From positions 30,001-62,000 of the forward strand of contig JAPZAR010000008.1 of NCBI GenBank assembly GCA_027460535.1: DNA of 32,000 nucleotides, in the 5' to 3' direction. Positions 7,848-15,090 of this stretch are shown here, piece by piece. This DNA comes from Candidatus Methanoperedens sp. Its GTDB lineage: Archaea > Halobacteriota > Methanosarcinia > Methanosarcinales > Methanoperedenaceae. A model generated the notes under the pieces. It was not told the origin of the DNA. It made no database searches and saw nothing but the letters and a program-made list of their open reading frames with translations. The position numbers and the translations under genes are program-made. Each line of letters starts with the position of its first letter. Positions within the stretch are counted from its first letter, which is position 1.

Positions 7848-9551
7848 CTATAACTGTCCAATATTTTCACGTGCTCTGTAGAGGATGTAAACCAATATTA
7901 TTATTCCGACCGAAATTAAAAAATTGGTCAACATATCAATAGTTCCATTAAACAGAAAATGAGTAGAGACAAAATCTGATACTTGAAAGTCAGGAATAAA
8001 TTGCTGCCCGGTTCTTGCTACTTGGGGAAGCCCGCCTTCTATATAATAGAATTTTCCGATGAGCACACCAAATATGGCATCCTCAATTATGGCTGAAATA
8101 AATATAATGTAAAGTAAAATATATTCTATCTTGCCGCTCAATCTATGCATTTCATTGATACCTATTGCGATCAACAGCGGAAGTGTTGGATGCAGTATTC
8201 CTGTGAGGAGACCCCATTCTCTCCATGCATACAAAATTATGATCGTTATCCATGGTAAAACCAAGAAACCAACCAGTATCCTATCAGTTCTTGTTTTCCC
8301 GAGAATGTATCCAATAAACCATATTACCACAAGCAGGTACATCAGAGTCGAAAGACCTCCAGGATAATCTTGAGTATAATAAAATATTGGATTATAAGTA
8401 CGAAAGTTTATCGCATAGGGATTTATAGGCAATGTAGCGGGGGTGAATGTTGCGATAATATTACTAATTCGAGGCATTATTATTTCTTTAAGTGGAGTGG
8501 CTTTAAAAGTTTCCCAGAGTTCTTCTGGTGTTTGGTTGAAAGCTGACTCGTATCCTTTAACCGCGATTGGATAATAAATGGTTCTTGAATTGGAAACAGT
8601 TCCATAATATGAATAAACCCATGCAAAATAGGGTGCTAAGAAGAGGAGTAAAACGAGCAAAAAGAAAGACAATTTCTTCAAATTGCTAATAATGTCTTTA
8701 GATAGAAGCGCCTTATACATTTTCTCTTTGTAAACCAGTAGTAAAAAAGCAATTCCAATATAAAACAAAGAATAATTATGAAACAAGAACCCAAGACCTG
8801 CAAAAAACCCTGCCAATGGATAGCGAAGCCTAATATCATGATCACTGAAGAAAAGGAAATAAATCATCATCAGAATACCATACATAGCTGCATTCTTGGG
8901 CCATGTATAGATTGTATTGAAAATCAGGAAAGGGGTTACAAGCATGAAAAGTGCTGATATCTTGGCCACCCAAACCCCGAAAACTCTCCTGGCTATTAGA
9001 TAAGCGGGAAATATATAAACACTATTTATTAGCACACTTATAATCTGAGAAACCCAGTATTGATAAAGCGAAGTACCGAGAAGATGGTGATATGAATAAA
9101 TCAGTAGACTAAAAAGCGGGGTTTTTTCTTTGTTTTGAGACCAGTCTCCCATCTCAAAAGCATACGGTATCTGTAATGTATGCCGGATCCAGTCCCCTCC
9201 CATGACAGGGTATTCCCAGAGGGTCTGGAAGAAGAGGTTTGAAACAATGCTGATAACCAGAACAAGGATGAGGAACTTTGCATCAATCTCAATTTTTAAT
9301 GTTGCCCTCTTTTTAACGAGGTACCACATTGAAACGATCATTACACCAATCAAAAGGATTCGCGCAAGAAATGCCAGCTTCAATGGAAAAAATGGAACCA
9401 TTAAGATTGGTATCAAAAAAGAAAAGCCAAAACTGATAGCTAATTTTTCGCAGGTGTTTAGATTTTTGAAACGATTTGCTATTGCAAAGCCTGGAATAAA
9501 GGATATTAACAAAACAACACTTATATAGCTCCAATACGCTATTAGGTTCAC
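7848..9551 (-). CDS. Large polytopic membrane protein, probable GT-C fold lipid-phosphate-sugar-dependent glycosyltransferase (ArnT/PMT_2/AglS-like)
   Basis: 567 aa with more than 12 predicted hydrophobic helices. The first large loop carries GGDWIRH...EMGDWSQNKEKTPLFSLL, resembling the acidic-loop / GxW...KPPL pattern of family 39/83 enzymes. Only a GTG start (9549-9551) is available. TAG stop. First gene of the minus-strand operon. Confidence 0.6.
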   Translation of the reverse strand: MNLIAYWSYISVVLLISFIPGFAIANRFKNLNTCEKLAISFGFSFLIPILMVPFFPLKLAFLARILLIGVMIVSMWYLVKKRATLKIEIDAKFLILVLVISIVSNLFFQTLWEYPVMGGDWIRHTLQIPYAFEMGDWSQNKEKTPLFSLLIYSYHHLLGTSLYQYWVSQIISVLINSVYIFPAYLIARRVFGVWVAKISALFMLVTPFLIFNTIYTWPKNAAMYGILMMIYFLFFSDHDIRLRYPLAGFFAGLGFLFHNYSLFYIGIAFLLLVYKEKMYKALLSKDIISNLKKLSFFLLVLLLFLAPYFAWVYSYYGTVSNSRTIYYPIAVKGYESAFNQTPEELWETFKATPLKEIIMPRISNIIATFTPATLPINPYAINFRTYNPIFYYTQDYPGGLSTLMYLLVVIWFIGYILGKTRTDRILVGFLVLPWITIIILYAWREWGLLTGILHPTLPLLIAIGINEMHRLSGKIEYILLYIIFISAIIEDAIFGVLIGKFYYIEGGLPQVARTGQQFIPDFQVSDFVSTHFLFNGTIDMLTNFLISVGIIILVYILYRARENIGQL

Positions 9552-9552
9552 G

Positions 9553-9583
9553 CTCTTATCATATATTTATATATAGATAAGAG
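9553..9583. promoter_or_regulatory. Perfect 8-bp inverted repeat CTCTTATC / GATAAGAG flanking a 15-nt pure A/T TATA-like core, in the divergent intergenic region
   Basis: CTCTTATC is at 9553-9560, ATATATTTATATATA at 9561-9575 and GATAAGAG at 9576-9583. It sits 2 nt from the GTG start of the minus-strand operon and about 185 nt upstream of the plus-strand gene. Confidence 0.5.
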
Positions 9584-9767
9584 TAGCGAAGTAGAGACTT
9601 AGATTAAAGAAAAAAAATTGTTTGCCAGACTGAAAAACACGTGGAATTCTATTATGAAATGAATCTAATACTGGTTGAGGAATGATATTATTGTTTGAAG
9701 ATACGCTAAAATAAGGACATAGAAATGATCTTAAGATTATAGCATAAAATTTTGAGTGTTGAAATTA

Positions 9768-10955
9768 ATGAGAAACATTTGTTTTGTCCAGCAGGATCCA
9801 AGCATCCGAATATACATGCAGGCAAAGGCCCTAAGAGCGACAAAAAAATATAAACTATTGCTGATATGCGAAAAATGTAATTATGACTTATTGGAAACCA
9901 TATTCGATGAGATCATTTTTTATGGATTCATAAAAAATAAAGACAATAACTTTCTTTCAAGAAGCTGTAACTTTGCTTTCAATAAAGTAATAAATTATGG
10001 CGAAAAAAAATTGAAAAGTATAGTAAATAACATTGAAGTTGATATATTTCATGCACATGCAGAACCCAATAATATTCCGAGAATCGTTATTGAGAATTCA
10101 AATAAGCCTTCGGTCTTTGATGGGCAGGACTTCACTGGGATAACTGCCGGAATAGAGAATCTGGACAGGAGAACACGGGAAGATGAAAAATATTGTTTCG
10201 AGCATGCTGAAGGGATTTGTCATAAAGGACCACAATCTGAATTAGATTATTACAGGCAGCATGGATATAAAATCGAGTCCCCGGATCTTCAGTGGTGGGG
10301 CTGTTGTGAAGAGGAACTTTTTGCAGATATAAATACCAAAAAATTATCTGAAGAAGATGGTGAGATACATTTAGTCTATATTGGCAGCGTTTCAACAGAT
10401 CCAAAATATGAATATAAAAATTTTATTCCATTAATAAAAGAATTGGCAAAACAAAAAATCCATCTGGACATATATCCTTCAAATCCGCTGGAGTATAGAA
10501 AAGCCACAGACTATATAGAACTGGAAAAAAAAGTGCATTATTTTCATTTTCATAAACATATTCTATATAATGAACTGAGTAAGGAAATTGCAAAGTATGA
10601 TTGGGGTATTGACATTGTAAAAAATATCCAGGGCGAACGTTTAACCGATGAAAAAGCAAAAGTAGCGATGGGCGCAAAATTTTTTGGTTATCTGGAGGCA
10701 GGAATTCCAGTCATAGTCAGTCATCATTATACCCTCATAAAAGATTTTGTTGAGACAAATCAAATAGGTTTTTCTGTTAAGGATACTGAGATAGATCAAA
10801 TTGGAGAGATGATAAAAACTTATGATCCTATGAAATTGAAAGAGAATATAATAAAGACGAGAGAGATTTTTTTGTCAGGTCATCAAGGGAAGTCTCTTGA
10901 GGAATTTTATCAAAAAATCATAATAAGATCAGGAGAAAAATATGTGTCCGGCTAA
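9768..10955 (+). CDS. GT-B fold glycosyltransferase-like protein (group 1/GT4-like, divergent)
   Basis: The ORF is open from GTG 9756. I prefer ATG 9768 (MRNICFVQQD...), which is typical of GT-B N-termini. Motifs are DIFHAHAEPNN, EKYCFEHAEGI and KFFGYLEAGIPVIVS. No clean ExxxxxxxE motif was seen, so the function is tentative. Confidence 0.55.
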   Translation: MRNICFVQQDPSIRIYMQAKALRATKKYKLLLICEKCNYDLLETIFDEIIFYGFIKNKDNNFLSRSCNFAFNKVINYGEKKLKSIVNNIEVDIFHAHAEPNNIPRIVIENSNKPSVFDGQDFTGITAGIENLDRRTREDEKYCFEHAEGICHKGPQSELDYYRQHGYKIESPDLQWWGCCEEELFADINTKKLSEEDGEIHLVYIGSVSTDPKYEYKNFIPLIKELAKQKIHLDIYPSNPLEYRKATDYIELEKKVHYFHFHKHILYNELSKEIAKYDWGIDIVKNIQGERLTDEKAKVAMGAKFFGYLEAGIPVIVSHHYTLIKDFVETNQIGFSVKDTEIDQIGEMIKTYDPMKLKENIIKTREIFLSGHQGKSLEEFYQKIIIRSGEKYVSG

Positions 10956-11556
10956 GGATTATTCCCATTTGGATCTGGATAACCTGAGAGAAGTGGATTA
11001 CACCACGTTGCTGGTCTCTCTGGCGAAGTATAAATTTGTCAAATCAATTCTATCAGGTAATGAATCACTTCTTGATATCGGGTGCGGGACAGGATACGGA
11101 ACTTTTTACCTGGGTGAATTCTGCAGGGATATTACAGGAGTCGATATCGATCCTGCCCAGATAGAAAAAGCAAATAAAACTTACAAATCCAAGAATATTT
11201 TATTTGAACACTTAGATATATTAAAAAATCCAGAGGTGATAAAAAATAAAGATATCATTACCTGCTTTGAGGTAATTCAGGACATGAGCAGAGAAAAGTC
11301 ATTTGAATTCCTGAAGACCATCAATGATCATAAGGATACGGACGCTGTTCTTTTCCTTTCAACTCCAAGAAGATTGCCCGAAGATCTTCTGACGCCGAAC
11401 AGGCTGAAATATCATCTGCATGAGTACGCTTACGATGAATTGTACGAGGATCTAAATAAGGTTTTTAAAAGGGTACTGATTCTTGGTCAGCTTGATGAAA
11501 TCATCGGTTCCCTGCATAAAAATAACGTCTGGACATTCTACTGTATATGTTTCTAG
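10942..11556 (+). CDS. Class I SAM-dependent methyltransferase
   Basis: 204 aa. Motif I LLDIGCGTGYGT, then GVDID. 14-nt overlap with the upstream gene. TAG stop followed two codons later by TGA. Confidence 0.85.
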   Translation: MCPAKDYSHLDLDNLREVDYTTLLVSLAKYKFVKSILSGNESLLDIGCGTGYGTFYLGEFCRDITGVDIDPAQIEKANKTYKSKNILFEHLDILKNPEVIKNKDIITCFEVIQDMSREKSFEFLKTINDHKDTDAVLFLSTPRRLPEDLLTPNRLKYHLHEYAYDELYEDLNKVFKRVLILGQLDEIIGSLHKNNVWTFYCICF

Positions 11557-11594
11557 TTCTGATATCAATAAAAAAAGGAGAGAATTTAATAAAA

Positions 11595-11723
11595 ATGAGA
11601 TTTTTTAAAGAGATATTTGAAGATATTTCAGGGATAGGACAGTGCCCAAAAAGACCAAAGCTCAAATCCCAGATCAAGATTCTGGGTAATCAAAACCTCT
11701 CGAACTTTATTCTTAAACAATAG
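11595..11723 (+). CDS. Hypothetical 42-codon ORF ending in TAG directly abutting, and in frame with, the next methyltransferase ATG
   Basis: ATG 11595, AGGAG about 14 nt upstream, peptide MRFFKEIFEDISGIGQCPKRPKLKSQIKILGNQNLSNFILKQ. TAG 11721-11723 is followed by ATG 11724 in the same frame. No recognisable family. Confidence 0.25.
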   Translation: MRFFKEIFEDISGIGQCPKRPKLKSQIKILGNQNLSNFILKQ

Positions 11724-12275
11724 ATGAACTGGATATTAGATGTTGGCAGCGGCCATAACCCAAATCCAAAAGCCAATCTGTTTTTAGAACGGTTCTTTAA
11801 AAACCACATTCACAGAGCAGGGTATCCAGTGAAACTAAAAGAAAATATGGTTATTGGGGACGCTCAGTATTTACCATTTAAAAAGAAATCTATTGAACAT
11901 ATTTATTCTAACCATGTTATTGAGCATTTAGATGATCCGGAGTTATTTTTAAAGGAATGTAACAGGGTAGGACAAAATATAACTATAACCGCTCCGGGAC
12001 TCATTCATCACATCTATGGTGAAGTATTCTTTGGCGGAGTAGGTAAAGGCGAACATAAATTTGTCTGGAATCCGGTTTCGAAATCGTGGATTGACGTGGA
12101 GATGATGCGTAAAGCAATACCGAAGTACACATGGAAGCAACGAAAATATATCCATTTAGTTAATTTGCTGCCAATTAGATTAAGACATTTGCTATTCTCG
12201 ACTATGATTTATATCATTGCAGAATATTTAGAGAATATGGATGTGGATATAGTTGAATATCATTATAAGAGATGA
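11724..12275 (+). CDS. Small class I SAM-dependent methyltransferase (Methyltransf_11-like)
   Basis: 183 aa. Motif I ILDVGSG sits at residues 4-10, followed by GDAQYLPFKKKSIEHIYSNHVIEHLDDP. Confidence 0.8.
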   Translation: MNWILDVGSGHNPNPKANLFLERFFKNHIHRAGYPVKLKENMVIGDAQYLPFKKKSIEHIYSNHVIEHLDDPELFLKECNRVGQNITITAPGLIHHIYGEVFFGGVGKGEHKFVWNPVSKSWIDVEMMRKAIPKYTWKQRKYIHLVNLLPIRLRHLLFSTMIYIIAEYLENMDVDIVEYHYKR

Positions 12276-12308
12276 CGGCTACCATTATCTTCACAGAGAG
12301 GATAAAAT

Positions 12309-13724
12309 ATGAAAGTCTTGCTCGTTAACCCTCCCATAACGGCGATACATGGTCACATCCCACCGCTGGGATTAATGTGTATTGCATCGAATCTGGAAAA
12401 GAATGGTATAGACGTTGAAATATTTAATCGTAAAGAAATAAAATCATACGAAGATTATAAATCCGTTCTTCTCGAACACATTAATTTAACTCACCCTGAT
12501 CTCATCGGGTTTACATGCTATTTAGGAGATGTATCTGACATTAAAGAACTATGTGTGGGAATCAAGAAAATAAAGGACATCCCGATAGTAGTCGGTGGTT
12601 TCCATCCATCTTACGCACCGCAGGAATTTTTGGGATATGCAGATTATGTTTGTATTGGAGAAGGAGAGATTACAGTATTGGAGTTAGCAAAGTCTATAGA
12701 AAACAACACTCCGATTACCGATGTCCAGGGTATTTCAGTCCTTAAACATTCGGTCAAATATACAGAACCGAGACCTTTGGCTGACTTAGACACTCTTCCA
12801 CCACCAGCTTACCATTTAATAGATATGTCTTATTATACTAGATTGACAGATGGTATTCTGCGTGGCGTTCTCGTTAGTTGTGGAACTCTCTATACATCAC
12901 GTGGCTGTCCTTATCATTGTACATTCTGTCCGAAACAACACTTTCTAGGCCCTCAACGACTCATCAACGCCAAAAAAGCAGTTGACGAGATGGAGATTTT
13001 GATAAAAAAATATAAAGTTAATGCTATCTATTTCCTTGATGAAACGTTCACAATCAACAAACAACATGTTTACGAAATCTGTGATGAGATTGATAAGCGC
13101 GGTATCAAAATAATATGGGGATGTGATACTCGGGCTAATTTGCTATCGGAAGATCTGTTATTAAGGATGAAAAAATCAGGATGCATCCAAGTTGATTTCG
13201 GATTGGAATCTGGTGTGGAAAGAGTTTTGAAAATTCTTAAAAAAGGCGTGTCGTTACAGCAGGCGAAAGATACTTTGGAAATGTGCAGAAAAAATGGAGT
13301 TCGGACCTTGGCGAATTATATGACAAATATTCCCACAGAGACGGTACAAGAGAGAGAGGAGACTATTAGATTTGCCAAAGAAATTAATGCGGACAGATTA
13401 ATTTATAACATTTTTGTACCGTTTCCGGGATGTGAAATAGTTGAGAAATATAATATTTCGGTAACGGAGAAGGATTACCCTTACCTTAACACTTTGAAAC
13501 AAAATGCTACTTTAAAATATGTAACAGAAAATTATAATTTTACACCCGATCATAAAGATTTGGACGAATTAGCGCGTGAGGCGATATTTAGGATAGGTCA
13601 TCGAAGACTGTATCCGTTTATTATGAATTGGATTTATGTTAAGAACATAGTTATAGGCAATAGGAAGATTGAGTATTTAAAATGGACAATCAATAAGGGA
13701 TTAAATGTAATAAAAATTAAGTGA
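12309..13724 (+). CDS. B12-binding-domain radical SAM enzyme (class B type)
   Basis: 471 aa. The N-terminal Rossmann-like cobalamin-binding-type domain begins MKVLLVNPP...GLMCIASNLEKNG and runs to ...IPIVVGGFH. Radical SAM cluster motif SRGCPYHCTFCP (CxxxCxxC). GAGG about 8 nt upstream of the ATG. Confidence 0.85.
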   Translation: MKVLLVNPPITAIHGHIPPLGLMCIASNLEKNGIDVEIFNRKEIKSYEDYKSVLLEHINLTHPDLIGFTCYLGDVSDIKELCVGIKKIKDIPIVVGGFHPSYAPQEFLGYADYVCIGEGEITVLELAKSIENNTPITDVQGISVLKHSVKYTEPRPLADLDTLPPPAYHLIDMSYYTRLTDGILRGVLVSCGTLYTSRGCPYHCTFCPKQHFLGPQRLINAKKAVDEMEILIKKYKVNAIYFLDETFTINKQHVYEICDEIDKRGIKIIWGCDTRANLLSEDLLLRMKKSGCIQVDFGLESGVERVLKILKKGVSLQQAKDTLEMCRKNGVRTLANYMTNIPTETVQEREETIRFAKEINADRLIYNIFVPFPGCEIVEKYNISVTEKDYPYLNTLKQNATLKYVTENYNFTPDHKDLDELAREAIFRIGHRRLYPFIMNWIYVKNIVIGNRKIEYLKWTINKGLNVIKIK

Positions 13725-13819
13725 TATAGATAATATAAAATCTTATAAGCCTATGCTTTTGTTAGAGGCTTGTTGTTGATGATGTCAAGAACTTATTGGT
13801 TTCGGGACTATACAATGTC

Positions 13820-13840
13820 AAATACTTATGGAAATACTTA
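13820..13840. repeat. Tandem 9-mer AAATACTTA x2 (period 12) in the 357-nt untranslated gap upstream of the long operon
   Basis: Copies at 13820-13828 and 13832-13840. The same gap also holds ATAAGCCT twice (13745-13752 and 13940-13947). Confidence 0.45.
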
Positions 13841-14081
13841 ATAAAAAGGAGATAGTTAAAGGTATGAAAATGGAGACAAATAATTCTAAAACCAGAGGAT
13901 TATAATAAATATCAGATATTTAATAGAGAAGGCACTGGAATAAGCCTGCATACAAAATCATGAAAAAGATAGAAAAACTTCACATAAGATTGTTGGAGTA
14001 TGCCAGGGATAAAAGTTCCTTTCAGAAAAGGTAAAACACATGAGGAGCTATTAAAAGATCAAAAATGGTCAACGGTGAAAC

Positions 14082-15080
14082 ATGATGAATGAAATCAAAT
14101 CAGTGTTGGTAACTGGTGGATGCGGATATGTTGGAACCAAGCTTGTCCCGGAGCTTCTTGGATCGGGTTACAGGGTATATGTACTGGATTGGATGATATA
14201 CGGGAACTATCTTCCATTTAACAGGAAATTATCATGCTATAATATAGACCTGCGGAAATTTGATGAAGTAAGGGATATTATCAAACGCATTAGGCCGGAC
14301 GCTGTTATCGATCTGGCTTCGATCTCAAACGATCCCATGGGCGACCTTGAGCCATCTCTTACAAGAGCTGTAAATATCGATGCACAGAAAAATCTGATCG
14401 ATGCCAGCATCAAGAATAAATTAAAAAGATTCATATTTGCTTCCAGTTCAAGTGTCTATGGAGTTAATGACGATCCTGACATTACTGAGGAAACTCCCCT
14501 TGCCCCTGTGTCATTATACAGCGAAACAAAAGCGATAATTGAATCATACCTGAAAACAAAGACCTCGGACGAATTTGTTACCGTCAGCATCCGTCCCGCT
14601 ACCGTATGCGGCTACAGCCCGCGCCAGAGACTGGATCTGATCGTCAATCTCTTAACATTCAAGGGCTACTACGAGGGTAAAATCGTTATCGAAGGCGGAG
14701 AGAGGGTCAGACCCCACATCCATATCGATGATATGGTGGACGCTTATATGGCATTGCTCGCTGCAGATAGTGAAAAAATCAATGGAAAGACCTACAATTG
14801 CGGGGCCGAGACAATGTCGCTCATGGAATTGGGCGAAATGGTCAAAAGTTATGTAAAATGCGATATAAAAACTGCAGTGGGACCTGATAAAAGAAGCCAC
14901 AGCCTGAATTCTGAACTTATCAAAAAGGAGCTTGGATTTTCTTTTACAAGGAATGTAGAAAATGCAATCCAGGATTTGATCTTTGCATTTGAGAATTACC
15001 TGATTGATAAAGATAATCCGGAATTGTTCAATATGGCATGGTATAAAACGCAGATAAAAAATGGAAAAATTGTGCTGTGA
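14082..15080 (+). CDS. Extended-SDR NAD-dependent nucleotide-sugar epimerase/dehydratase
   Basis: 332 aa. VLVTGGCGYVG, SSSSVYG, YSETK (YxxxK). GGTGA ribosome-binding motif 4 nt upstream. First gene of the 18-gene operon. Confidence 0.85.
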   Translation: MMNEIKSVLVTGGCGYVGTKLVPELLGSGYRVYVLDWMIYGNYLPFNRKLSCYNIDLRKFDEVRDIIKRIRPDAVIDLASISNDPMGDLEPSLTRAVNIDAQKNLIDASIKNKLKRFIFASSSSVYGVNDDPDITEETPLAPVSLYSETKAIIESYLKTKTSDEFVTVSIRPATVCGYSPRQRLDLIVNLLTFKGYYEGKIVIEGGERVRPHIHIDDMVDAYMALLAADSEKINGKTYNCGAETMSLMELGEMVKSYVKCDIKTAVGPDKRSHSLNSELIKKELGFSFTRNVENAIQDLIFAFENYLIDKDNPELFNMAWYKTQIKNGKIVL

Positions 15081-15090
15081 TCGGAGTTAA

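Noticed and set aside
9756-9767. Upstream alternative starts offered by the ORF track: GTG 9756, and likewise GTG 17363 and ATG 27596.
   Set aside because: In each case a downstream ATG (9768, 17375, 27617) gives an N-terminus typical for the family. For 27617 it also recreates the ATGA coupling used elsewhere in the operon. The longer forms cannot be excluded without 5'-end or proteomic data.
13960-14078. A 24-codon ORF (MKKIEKLHIRLLEYARDKSSFQKR) and an overlapping frame reading ...PFRKGKTHEELLKDQKW..., vaguely reminiscent of a NUMOD/HNH-type homing-endonuclease fragment.
   Set aside because: The resemblance rests on four or five residues. The frames are interrupted by stops and there is no nuclease motif. 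I treat it as part of the untranslated leader.
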